NCBI GenBank assembly: GCA_000934665.2
Contig: KZ538373.1
Coordinates: forward strand, 1 to 64,000
Reading direction: 5' to 3'
DNA from: Catajapyx aquilonaris
Taxonomy: Eukaryota
DNA length: 64,000 nucleotides
The notes under the pieces are model-generated. The model was not told the origin of the DNA and ran no database searches. It saw nothing but the letters and a program-made list of their open reading frames with translations. How positions within the stretch are numbered: the first letter of the stretch is position 1; every line of letters begins with the position of its first letter. Position numbers and translations under genes: made by a program. Of this stretch, positions 1-12,912 are shown in pieces.

Positions 1-640
1 GGGGGGGGTGTAGGGGTCCGAAAATTTGCACCCCGCCATTTTTGGACAGCCTGGTCCCAAATCAACCCAAAACCATCATAAAATCAATTTCAGCACGAAA
101 ATCCTACGGGAGCTGTTTTGATGACATACCATACCACACTATCCATTGTTGCCACTGTTTACAAATTGAGTGACTGACGCGGACGACCCAGCGACGGATC
201 TCTTCTGCCTGCGCACTCACTCATTCGATTTGTAAACAGTGGCAACAATGGAAGCGCTATCCATGGGCTGATGTTTGAATTGGCCCGCCGGACAGGGTTG
301 CCAGGTAACGCACTACAACATAAGCAGCTTAGGCCGAATTTGTCAATAGCTGCGTGATAGCTGTTCGGACAAAAAAGTTGGACCACCCTGTATATATAAG
401 CGTGAAATCGACGCAAAAAAACCACGCTTATACCAAGCGTGATCACGTCACTCATACCTATATGTGTCACTTTTGGTGACGCATATCCTCATGCATAAAG
501 CAAAGATTTTAACTCATACAGTGGCCATATGCGTGATCAAAGTACGTTTAAAAGCCACTTCACGTATAAAAATAAGAGTGATTCCATATTATCACGCATA
601 AAACGATTGTAAGCGTGATTGTATGCGTCAAAAGTTAGTG

Positions 641-800
641 TACAGTTGACTCCCGATATAACAACCTCGGCTAAGACAGATTCTCGATTATAACAGACTC
701 GAAAGGCTGTTCCCGGAATATTCCATAAGGTCCTCTATGTATATTTTTACTCTTGATGTAACAAACTCATTTTTCACATCACCTCGGGTATAACAGACCA
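641..800 (+). mobile_element. Possible Tc1/pogo(Tigger)-type MITE left-end remnant
   Basis: Starts TA-CAGTTGACTCCCGATATAACAACCTCGG with further (TA)TAACA(A/G)AC subterminal motifs, resembling Tigger/pogo-type termini. No matching right end found. Confidence 0.3.
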
Positions 801-1891
801 TTTCTGGGTCCCTTGGGAGAAAATATTTGTATTTTTGTTGATAGTTTCAATAATGAGTATATAGCAGTGTGCATTTTAGGCAGACCATGACACGGAATGT
901 CATTTAACATCAGGACAACAATTGCTGTCAGTCTTATGCCGGTTTCAGCCTTATTTGCATACATTTGCCCCAATCTTCCCTCATATTCGTTCTATTTAGG
1001 CCCACCTATCTCGCTTTTCCGGAAAAGGCTAAAATGATAGGCTCCATGTGTGCAAAGTGGGCCTTTTCAATATTACCTTACCCACCTATGAACAAAACAA
1101 CAATCCCCCACCATTTTGTTACATTCACGCGCACTAACCCAGAACTGTCAGTCACTTCTGCACTATTTCTGATGCTAAACACCCCTACGATCGAATACAC
1201 TAAAATAACTTCTGTGTATGTCCCACCCAAGTAACGTGCACCAATAAACCTTCCTGACAACTCATCTCTTGAGTGCAGTCTCTGTTAGTTGAAATTACTA
1301 GGAAATCCAAGCTAAGGATCCATCATGAGGATTGCTGTTTTTTAGTGTCCCATGGGTCATGGAAGGCGACACGCGACGATCAGATTGAGTGCGGCTCTGT
1401 TTCATCGAAAAGACAGTTAACAACAAGTCTGGTTATGATTCACTAAGTAAACTGCCATTATAGCCATTTTTGTAATTTTCAGTATTTTAAGCTCAACAGT
1501 TACATTGTTACTACTAGGCAACTCCATGCCATGTGGACCCAAATATGGAGTCTCAAAACTTAAGGGGTTCACCACAAGAGGTATGGGGTCAAATGTCAGT
1601 CTGGCGCCGATAGCCATTACGTGAATGACCTAACAGGGTGTACTAAAAATCCCCTTTTGGGCAACTTGTCCTCCCCACGTTGGCTTTTAAGCTAATGGGA
1701 CAGACTTGACTTTTTTGCGGTTTTCTGGCAAGCAACCGTGGCTAAACTTAAAATTGCATGAGAACCACTCAGGTTTACTCCCAAACGTAACATTTCTCAT
1801 TTTATTGTGGGGAAACTATAAAAAAAACGACACGTGCTTGTAGTTTTCTAGTCGAGAAGTTTAGGTCAACTAATAAGGGGTTGGAAATAGT

Positions 1892-2128
1892 AGAGATCCG
1901 TTGAAATGGAAACCGCGCTTCCTCAATCGAGAGAGATCCGTTGAAATGGAAACCGCGCTTCCTCAATCGGGGAGATCCGTTGAAATGGAAACCGCGCTTC
2001 ATCAATCGGGAGAGATCCGTTGAAATGGAAACCGCGCTTCCTCAATCGGGAGAGATCCGTTGAAATGGGAACCGCGCTTCATCAATTTGGAGAGATCCGT
2101 TGAAATGGAAACCGCGCTTCGTCAATCC
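1892..2128. repeat. Minisatellite, ~40-bp unit x6
   Basis: AGAGATCCGTTGAAATGGAAACCGCGCTTCCTCAATCGG repeated head-to-tail at ~1892, 1932, 1971, 2011, 2051 and 2091 with no unique spacers. Confidence 0.95.
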
Positions 2129-4269
2129 TACAAACTGGAGATGAACAACTACATAGTCCCAGTGATGATATGTGATGATCTTTTGTCTATTGACTCCAGT
2201 GCATATTACAAGGTGTGGATGCTACGTGTATCCACCATGTGATGTGGTGGCTATAACTCGCGTGCTTTTGGGTGATCGGATGGCTCGCATGTCCTCCAGC
2301 CATTCGCTTTCATTTGAATAATGGAATCAATGGAAGTGAAGGCTCCGTTTCGATAATGAGAAGGGGGGGGGGGGGGGGGNGGGGGGGGGGAGAACCAGAT
2401 GAATCGCCTGCTGCTCCTCCGCTCCGGGAGCAATCGCCTTCTTCTCCACCTATAGCACGCACGCACCTCATCTCACATCATATAATGTGCTTCTCCAAAA
2501 CCGGTACCTCTCCAAAAACCCTTCTTAATCACTTCTCTCGTGACCTTACAGATCCTCCCTAACATATATAGATCTGGGTCTAGATTGTCTCGAATATAGT
2601 CAAATTTCCTGTCCAACTTACGTCATACACAATACATGTGGAATGTCCTCAAAATACGGTTTGGAAAAGGGACACGACATTATTTCCGGGCATGTTCGTG
2701 ATGTCGTCAGACCGCATTGACAATTTGGATCGACTAATTGCAATCGCTCCAGGCACGATCTAATTGGTGCAACTTAGCATGGTTCTAATGTCGTTAGGGA
2801 AATGCCGCTTACACACAATATAATCTACTTTAGACAAAAATGGCACAGTATGGACAATCCAACGGAAAGAGCCACTACAATCTTCTACGCACCGTACCAG
2901 TACGGCCTACAGCTTTAGGAGTGGTGTCAAATTTTGCCCGTGTTTTCTATATTTGCAAACCACTTTTGTTTTTTGGAAACGCTGACGAGGGACTTCGTAA
3001 AACTCAAAAAACGAAAGAAAAAAGTCCGCTTCCACGGAATTCCAATTTCCGCCGTTCCAGCCGCCAGAGCGCCACCTCCTGGGGGCGACTTGCTTCTGCA
3101 CTTCACCGTCGGATGTCGATTCGATGCTGCTGATGCGGGACTCTCTCTCCACTTTCGCACTTTTGCCTAATTTTGGCAAGTTGGTGCATATAGTACAGGC
3201 TTATTGGTGCAACTTGTGTGGAAATGTCACGAAATTGACAAATTCAGTGCTTGACATGTTTCTTACATCACATAATACTTATGACAAAAATAGCACTTTC
3301 GATAACTAATATGGACAATCAAGCTGAGAGAACCGCAATAACTTATATGTATAAAAAAATTAAATGACCCTCATAAAACTGTTTATATCCCTCTAAACCA
3401 CCCGTAATACCCTTTAATTGAGGGTCTACATCAAACACGTTACAACCGACAAATCAATCCTATAAATCAACCCTCTATGGCAGAATAAACCAGCCTTAAC
3501 CTGACATATGAATGCGCAGCCATTTCCGCCTGGTTTACTCGACTTTTAAGCCTTCAATCAAGGTAAGCACTGTTTCAAAAGAGATATGGCTCAAATTACG
3601 TGCATTATTTATCTCGAGCATGTGTGTTCATGACCATGCAATGTGTCTTTTACAACCCCAAACGTCCCTCAGGATGAATTACAACCCGTCACCCCTGGGA
3701 CTTTGCAGCACCAAAAAATTGTCGATAAGAAAGTCACAATAACGGTTACACCAACCGGTTGTAAATCAGTTGGCGTGACGCAACTTCAGCTCATCCCTTG
3801 ATCAGAATTTGGAGAGGGCTCGTTAGTAATTGAATCATTTGTGTATGTGCGTGAGTTGTGTCCACTGCTGATGTAGGTATAGGTTAGAGAGTAACTGAAG
3901 AGGTGGAGGAAGCTATTTGTAGAAAGGTTCGAGGATTTATGTCCTACTGGCAATTGTTCCAACTCGCCACTTTTGCATCCAAAAAATCGGATCACGAAAA
4001 CAATCNNNGGGGGGGGGGCACTAATAAATGAGGGGCTGTAAAATTAATATTCGGTTCGAGGAGGGGGCGGGAGGAAGAAGGGGGCGCACGGTTGATTGAT
4101 TACCGTCGATTTCGAGAGGGCTGCACGCCAAATGTCATATCGGACGCAGCTCCCAAGAATAAAGATTGAAATTTGATCGATTGTTGAGGCGTTGGGCCAA
4201 ATTGCAAACCTGACGTGCATCCTTAAACTTGATGGGATTGGAAACTGCGCAGAAGCACTCTGGATTATC

Positions 4270-4740
4270 ATTTCTGCGCATAATGGCGGACCAGGCCCAT
4301 CTCCCACTTTATGTCGCATCTAACTGCTCAAAAACTGGTGTTTTAACCCGAAATTCTACACAGATCCAATCTTAGGACCTGGCACGACCAGATCAGCTTA
4401 ATGTCATCCTTCTCTGCGCAGACACGCTATGAATTGGCATAACTGCGCAAGATGGCGGACATGCGCATCTCCCACTTTATGTCGCTTCCCGCGGCTCAGT
4501 AACAGTCTGTTTCAACTAAAATCCTGCAGATATCCAATCTTAGGACCTGGCACGACCAGATAAGTTCAGCTTAATGTCATCCTTCACTGCGCAGACGCGC
4601 TATGAATTGTCATAACTGCGCAAGATGGCGGACATGCTCATCTCCCACTTTATGTCGCTTCGAGCGGCCCAAAAACAGTCTGTTTCAACTAAAATCCTGC
4701 AGAAATCCAATCTTAGGACCTGGCAGGACCTCAGCTCAAA
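4270..4740. repeat. Tandem repeat, ~170-bp unit, ~2.5 copies
   Basis: CATCTCCCACTTTATGTCGC recurs at ~4299, 4467 and 4640; ATCCAATCTTAGGACCTGGCA recurs three times. Confidence 0.9.
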
Positions 4741-5779
4741 CCTGTTTCCTAATGGCTACTACTCAATACCATTGTCATTGCTCATAGCATTAACACCGCC
4801 TCCTTTCAGAGTAGAAAGAGCGGAGGAACGATGGGCAGCAGCATGGAATCGGCCTCGGACACAATGGCCGCATAAGGCCCCCTGAGACAGTGAAGGATGG
4901 CATCGCGTCAAAGGAACAAAGGAGAAAACTCCCGAAGAGTTCCTCTCAAGTGCCCGCCGGTTCAATTCGAAGTAGCAACATATCAGAGGACTATTTACAA
5001 GAAACCCCGCTGGCTGACCTCCCAATCATTAGATTCAATGCCTCGAAGGTGGCCAGCCCACCTGTACAACCCATCTAATGGCGGCATTATCATCTGGCCT
5101 CTTAAGGCTTCAAATTGAATTGTATAACTTAATGAACAATTAGGGACCATAATAGAATTATAGGCGGTCAATAAAGCGTGCCGGAAGCTTGATTGTAGTG
5201 TTTCAGGTTCTATGTCCAATTATTCTTGGAAAGAATATTTAAATATTGATATGGCCAATATGTTCAAAATTTATGACAAACTCGATAACACTTAACAAAT
5301 TAGGCCTCCTTACGACTCGGATGTACACATATCTCCCCCTCTATCCCAACATTTATTATTTCAAAAAAATTGCGTACTGTAATCCATCACATAACCTGCA
5401 CAATCATAGGTTCAACCCCTCTTATTACCAAGATTGACTAACCCCCCACTCAGAAGGACAACCCTCGCATTGTTCACCAATTCAAATGGAAATTATAGCC
5501 AAATCAAATACACCAGGCGACGCTCAAATTACAGTAGCCTACATAATACACCATTACACTGCTCTATACCCCACCGTTTTTGGGGGGAGGAATAAGCGTG
5601 AGCCAATCTCTAGCTCTATCTTAAACCGTATTGACACAAATATTCCGCCATTTTGAAACTCACAAACCGAAACGGTTCATGACCTCTTATATCTAAGTAC
5701 CCTCATTACTGATCATATCGTGTGTGATCGACCCGGTAATAGCATTTTGCACAGTCCTTATTATAGCTATTGTTATATT

Positions 5780-6400
5780 GCTAGTTATTATTGGTTATTT
5801 ATTAGTTATTATCTTATTATTGGTTATTATTTGTTAATTATCAGTTATTTCTACATAGTTAATTTCTACTCATTATCTATTAGTAATTAGTTATTTCTAC
5901 TCATTATCTATTAGTAATTAGTTATTTCTACTCATTATCTATTAGTAATTAATTATTTCTACTCATTATCTATTAGTAATGAGTTATTTCTATTTATTAT
6001 CTATTAGTAACGAGTTATTTCTATTTATTATCATTAGTAATGAGTTATTTCTACTTATTATCTAATATTGGAAATTATTTATTATTAGCTATTTCTACTT
6101 ATTATCTAATATTGGAAATTATTTATCATTAGCTATTTCTTATTATTATCTAATATTGGAAATTATTTATCATTAGCTATTTCTACTTATTATCTAATAT
6201 TGGAAATTATTTATCATTAGTTATTTTACTTATTATCTATTATAAATCATCTGCCATTAGTTATTTTACTTATTATCTATTAGAAATCATTTGTAATTAG
6301 TTATTTTACTTATTATCTATTAGAAATCATTTGTAATTAGTTATTTCTACTTATTATCTATTAGAATTTATTATTAGTTAGTAGTAGTTATTTTAGTCAT
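5780..6400. repeat. AT-rich compound minisatellite
   Basis: TTAGTTATTTCTACTCATTATCTATTAGTAA-type units (~31 bp) grading into ~40-44-bp variants. Confidence 0.9.
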
Positions 6401-8399
6401 TAGTCATCATTAACTATTGTTAGTTGTTATGGGCGATTTCTGCTTAATATTAGTTATTATTAATTAACAGGTAACACCAGGTGTCTCTCACATCAAATCC
6501 GCCATATTAGGGCCCCCATGCCTTATTTTGATTTCTTACTCTGTGCTCCACCTGCCAGTCCACATATCATATGTAATGTGGTTCGACATGCATCGGGGAG
6601 CCCCTCTCTTTGAAGTGGCCGACACGCACATGCAACTAAGGCCATACTCTGATTGGCATCCCCTTTATCCTCTCCCACCAAAAAAAAAGACAAGTTAGAC
6701 GACGACACGACAAACTAACAAGAGCGCACGATTCTAACTACATACACATAGTGTAAGTACACTAATCAAATGGCGTGATATGAAGTGGACAGGATTTTGA
6801 CGCGTCTGACTTTGTCAATATTGAAACTACAGGCTGGCTTTTTTATATATAAAGAAAAAGGAGAGACCAATGTTTCCCACGCGATGGTGTCGCGTGTCCT
6901 GGTTTGTTTGTCCCGGACACTTCTGATTTATTTGGGGTGTGTAGCGACATCTATGAGTCGGACAGCATGCCAAGATGCCGATGGAGTCATCCATCACCAT
7001 TTTTGTGACCTGTATAACCTTTTCCCATTGGCGCCTGCCTTTTGGGGCGGCTGTAATTTTACGTATCACAGGCCGTAAACGTGACAAGTGCTTGGGGAGA
7101 ATTGCGAATTGATACAATAGGAACTAGGAACGTGACTAGGAATAGAAATTGGGAAGGGTGGACTAAAAGCCTTTGGTTTTACGATCGTAAGGGGGGAAAA
7201 AACAGGATAAGAAGTTCTGAGAAATTCATCGTATTGTTTCCCCCCCCCCCCCCAAAAAAAAAATCCAAAAATATTAATTTTATTTTAGTTAAAATAATTA
7301 ATAAGACACAGTACTGTACATTCAGGTTAAAGCGACCCCACCGGATTTTCAGTGAACTAGTCACTAGTGTACCGCTTATGTAATTTAAAGTTTATATTTA
7401 TATTTTAAAACCAGTTAAGTGTTAAAACCTGGTTAAAACCATCCATCTCACAAGATCGAGACCCTCATGCCATCTACCAGCCAACCATTGCTTCCTAATC
7501 CTGCCACTAGGCTTTCCCCTCACTCTCTCCCGCCATCTGTCCGTACTAGCCCGAACCTATTTTCTAGGTTTTTTATTTCCCTTTGGATAGATTCCGGTTT
7601 TTCCACGTGAGTTGGCTTTTTGTGAGTATTGACGTGCTGGGGTTGGATCGGTCCTACCCTCCTCATTATAGTGATGAGGGACTAATCAAAGTAAGCGGAC
7701 CAATAATGTCGTTAATTAGCCTGCATAATAACTGCATTCATTTTTTGAGGTGGTTTTTGGGACAAGCTTTTTAAGCAATATTTTCATTAGGCATTAAATT
7801 GGCACGAACTTATTCAAGGAGGACAAACCAACTATTTATAGTTACAGAGAGTAATGCAGGTATTACCAGTTTTACGTCGGGAATTGGTTCCAGCAAAATG
7901 CGCGGCGTAAAGTGAAAAGGCGTAAAACGAGACAAAATTATAATGGGAGGTAAATGAGATAGGTTCCAAGCTTTCCAAAAATTTCCCTCGGTTATTTTAA
8001 AATATCGGTTAAAAATTTCAGTTACTGTATTTTAAAGTATTCGGGTATTTAAAATTTTAGCAGCTATTTTTTGAAGTATTGTTCGAAATTTAAATTCATT
8101 TTAAAATACTGCACTATTCAAAAGTTTTACAGCTATTTTAAAATATCGTTTAAAAGTTTATCAGCTATTTTAAAGTATTATTGCTTAAAATTTTAAGTTA
8201 TTTAAAAATACCGTATTATTCAAAAATTTACCAGCTATTTTAAAGTATAGTTTAAAATTTTGACAGCTAATTTAAAGTTTGGCGTGGAGCCTTTATGGTC
8301 TGCTCACCGTAACTCTGACACAGCTAATTTAGTATATTTAAAATTTTATGTTATTTGAAACATCATTCGAAAATTTAAGTTATTCTTAAAAGCACTTTT

Positions 8400-8560
8400 T
8401 TTTACGTTACCCCGTGATAGGGCCACAGGCCCTTTTAGGGGGGTGGAATACCACCATCCTTCAGTTTTCCTGTAATTTTTCTTCTGACTCCGGTGCAAGG
8501 ATGAAAGGACGATATGCGGGGTAATGATGGGGATTTCTGGGGAGGGGACACAGGTTTAAA
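8400..8560 (-). mobile_element. 3'-end fragment of a non-LTR retroelement family (tail shared with three other loci)
   Basis: TTACCCCGTGATAGGGCCACAGGCCCTTTTAGGGGGGTGGAATACCACCAT next to a T-run. Matches the reverse complement of ~49170-49222 and partly matches 22750-22790 and 25133-25175. Confidence 0.55.
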
Positions 8561-9699
8561 AGCACTATTTAAATAGTTAACAATAATTTATTACTACATG
8601 GCTTTTTCATAGTTTTTCAAGGCGAATACTGCTGCCCCCTACAGCAGCGATAGCAACAGTAATGAAGCAATATTACATCCGTAATGAACATGCCCCCTTG
8701 AACTTCTCATTTAATTATCAACGTATTATTCGTTTATTCCTGTCCAATTATTTCGGTCCTAATGAGGTCACGTTCTTTATCCCCCTTCAGGGCTGCCTGC
8801 ATAAAACTCAGTTTTAATTAGTGCTCATTACTAATTTTCCCCTCGAGTAATACGCATTGCAGTAAAGCCACGTTTGCAAATGAGGCCAGAGACAACATTA
8901 AGTTTTAAATTATTTTTAAAATAAGGATGATCAAAATGGGGCGCATGCGCTCTCGTGACTCTGAAAAAAACCAAGTTGCCCTGAGGGGGTCAGAAGGTTT
9001 ATTTCTATAGGAGAGTCTTTGGGGGTGAGCATTCCCCGCCTGGAGTGGTCAGGTAGCTTCCCACAAGCGCCAAAATGACGGGCCTCTTAATGAAAAGCGG
9101 GATTTCACTACAGGTGGTACAAGACCAGCCCACCTGAGGCGCCACAATGAATTTTAACCAAAAAATTTATATAAAATTTTTTAAGAAATTGTGGTACACA
9201 CTACTAGTGCAATGTTCGCCTCGAAACTTAACTTGGCAAAGACTCGTTGCAAATCACTTTCAAGGCTGTTTGTCTGCATCTTCTTGAGGACAATGGCCGC
9301 GCGTGGGCCACCCCGATTGTCACCTCTGACTCACAGACGCCATATTATTATTATTTTTTGCACCATTTGCATCTAGCTAAAGGAAACAAAGAGTTCCCAA
9401 TTGACGCCAACCATTCGTTTCATATGCATGAAACCCTCTCTACATCTTAAAGGTGCCCTCTCAAGGACATGGTTCCTCCCTAAAAGACGCCCCCCTCCTG
9501 TGGTGCTAAAGGTTGCCAACTTGTCCACTAACTATTCTACTGAACTTTTCATGGAAAATTGGCTACAGGGTGCTAACCCCTGTCAGTTGATGATTTACAG
9601 GGGGCTTGGAGCCGGATTACACCCTATGCCAGCTTCAACGGCCACTCGAAGCTTTCGTGAAATATACAGTATACCGTGTTATATATAGTTATATATAAC

Positions 9700-10560
9700 T
9701 ACATGTATAAGAGTATAACTGTATATAGCTATATGTATAAGAGTATAACTGTATATAGGAATATAGCTATATGTATAAGAGTATAACTGTATATAGGAAT
9801 ATAGCTATATGTATAAGAGTATAACTGTATATAGGAATATAGCTATATGTATAAGAGTATAACTGTATATAGGAATATAGCTATATGTATAAGAGTATAA
9901 CTGTATATAGGAATATAGCTATATGTATAAGAGTATAACTGTATATAGAAATATAGCTATATGTATAAGAGTATAACTGTATATAGAAATATAGCTATAT
10001 GTATAAGAGTATAACTGTATATAGGAATATAGCTATATGTATAAGAGTATAACTGTATATATGAATATAGCTATATGTATAAGAGTATAACTACAGTATA
10101 TATAGTTATACATCTGGTTATATATAACTATAAGTTATGCACATAGTTATATATAACTATAAAGTTATGCATATAGTTATATATAACTATAGTTATGCAT
10201 ATAGTTATATATAACTATATATAGTTATACCAAGAGCTCTTGGTTATACATATAGTTATATATAACTATATATAGTTATACCAAGAGCTCTTGGTTATAC
10301 ATATAGTTATATATAACTATATATAGTTATACCAAGAGCTCTTGGTTATACTTATAGTTATATGCATAACTATGCATATAGTTATACGTCATATAGTTAT
10401 ATAGTATAGTTATACATATAGTTATATAGTATAGTTATACATATAGTTATATAGTTATACATATAGTTACATAGTTATATAGTATAGTTATACATATAGT
10501 TATATAGTTATACATATAGTTATATAGTTATACATATAGTTATATAGTTATATATAACTG
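9700..10560. repeat. TA-rich compound minisatellite
   Basis: About ten ~38-bp units TATAGCTATATGTATAAGAGTATAACTGTATATAGGAA (to ~10095), followed by TATAGTTATA-based units. Confidence 0.95.
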
Positions 10561-11559
10561 TTAGTTTATTGTCATTTTTCATTCACAGTGACATAATATC
10601 TACCATCTCCCATAATCGCAGGGATTGTTCCGAGACCATTTCGTTTGCGCCATCCCCATAATGACGGGTCTTCCCATCCACAAAACAGTATAATCTGTGC
10701 GAAAGCGCAGGTCCGGATCTCTCTTTACGACCAGAGGCCATATACAAGGTCACCACCAGACGGAACTACACACGTGTCGTGTCCCCCTTGAGCATCGATC
10801 CCCCGGATTCTCCGGGCCCACACAAAGTGGGTGTACCTGCACACCTAGTTGCTGCTCGGTTAGTCGTGTCTGGAAGCCCGTTTTCTTTGGACCCCAGCTC
10901 CACCACCAAGTCCCTCAACCCCTGCTCGCCCTCCCAGTCCCTTCGAGCCCCTCAAGGGAAACAACCCAGTGGGGCAGGTTTTCCAAGAGCGAGAGGCCAC
11001 TCCACTTGTGTAGGCTCATCGGTCAGGTTGTGTTGGTGGTTTCGTAGAGTGCGAAGGGGGGTAACAATCAACCGGATGTTGCTGATTGTTGTGGTAGCAT
11101 CGTCATCTAGAGAGACGTCTATTGGAGGCAGACGGCCAAGGTGAGAAAAACTATTCCTATCCAGACAGTCCCTCATTCCTTAAGAGATTGGTGAAGCACC
11201 TCTATTCCTCGGGTTGTCCATTTATAACACCCCGCGCCTAAAGAAACGTTCCTCTGCCAAAAATGAGGCCAATGGTGGCAGCCAGAAGGATGTAAATACA
11301 TCCCGTCATCCTGATTGTAGCCACCATTGAGGCGCCAGCCAGTTTCCTTTATAACTATGCCAGCAAAAGTCTCACTTCGAGGTCTGAATAAAGTGGTGAG
11401 TGTATAGCCAACATGCGGTTGGCGACATCTCACTCTCAATTTAGGTAAATAAATAAATAAATAGAAAAGATTAGGTGAGGGAGTGTGAGGAATTGATCAA
11501 CTGTTATCCCTCCTGGACAGTTTTCCAGCCCCCATATTAAATATTTATTAAATAATCTG

Positions 11560-12365
11560 AGTTATTGTTAAAGTTTGACAATATTTCACGATCTTATTCA
11601 CACTCCTGGACAGTTTTCCAGCCTTTACTTATTAAATATTTATTAAATAAATGCATCAACATCACAACATGTCCCTATGAGGGATAGTCAGCGTGATAGG
11701 GAAATGTCGTGATGTTGATGATGATGATTAAATAAATTACCAGAAGATTGCGAAATATTGTCTTTGAGAATAACTCGCAGTTTATTTAATACATATTTAA
11801 TAAGTAATAACGGCTCGCGAAAACAGCCCAGGAGAAGTGTGGAGATTGTGAAATATTGTCAAACTTTCATAGCTGTAAATTCGTGTGAAAGTTTGACAAT
11901 ATTTCACAATCTTCACTCCTGGACAGTTCTGCAGCTATTATTTATTTAATTAATATTTAATAAACACGTGAATATTGCGAAATATTGTCAAACTTTCAGA
12001 ACTGAGAGTTCTTCCAAAAGTTTGACAATATTTCACAAGAATTCGCAGTCTGAAAGTTTGATAGATTTCACACTCTTCTTGGACAGTTTGGAGCCTTTGC
12101 AATTTATTATTATTATTAATTAAATAAATAAATAAGAGTTGGAAAACGGCACAGAAATGTGAAATATTGCCAAACTTTCAGACTGCGAATTCTTGTGAAA
12201 TATTGTCAAACTTTCGGAACTGTGAGTTCTTCTGAAAGTTTGACAATATTTCACAATCTTCACACTTTTGCGCCGTTTTCCAGCTCGTATTTGTTTATTT
12301 AATTAATAATAATAAATGATAAAGGCTGGAAAACTGTCCAAAAAGAGTGTGAAACATTGTCACGC
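11560..12365. repeat. Array of a 20-bp motif in both orientations (foldback-like repeat)
   Basis: AAAGTTTGACAATATTTCAC or its reverse complement GTGAAATATTGTCAAACTTT occurs about ten times, with shared CTGGACAGTTTTCCAGCC flanks. Confidence 0.8.
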
Positions 12366-12912
12366 TTTTATTATTTTATTTATGTGTTTATTAAATGGGA
12401 TGTGAGCTCTTGGAGGACCACCCGGGGTTTCACAACAATGTCATAAACACATCCAAGTTTCAAAAAACAAGTTCGTTGCTCTTTGACGCCATATCTGCTG
12501 TATCCTCAGAAGCAATTAGCTGTGGACGACAGAATTAGCCACAGGGCCCTGAATACCATTTCATTTTTATACATGTGTCAGTGAGCGCATTAAAATTGTC
12601 TGGCTTCATATCAAGAATCGCTCTGAGAAACCAAGGGAAGAAGATTGTTGAAAATTGATTGTTGTGTTGGGTACGTCCTTGTGCTCAAGATCCGTGTCCA
12701 CCAGACCCATTTTCACGGAGACTGCTTGGCTCCTACTTATCACGCCACAATTACGTCATGTATGTCCACATCAACAGGACCTCCTCACAACTATACAGAT
12801 TGAGGAAGGTCTGTAATGATAGTGTTAAAAACTGTATTTTTTGAAGTAAATTTCACCTGTTGTTTTTCTCTTTTGTTTTCTTCAGGTGGGGCGTAGGTGC
12901 AGTGGCGGGGCG

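Noticed and set aside
1892..2128. CRISPR-like repeat (GTTGAAATGGAAAC resembles some CRISPR repeat ends)
   Set aside because: Units are contiguous near-identical copies with no unique spacers, there are no cas genes, and the context is eukaryotic. It is a minisatellite.
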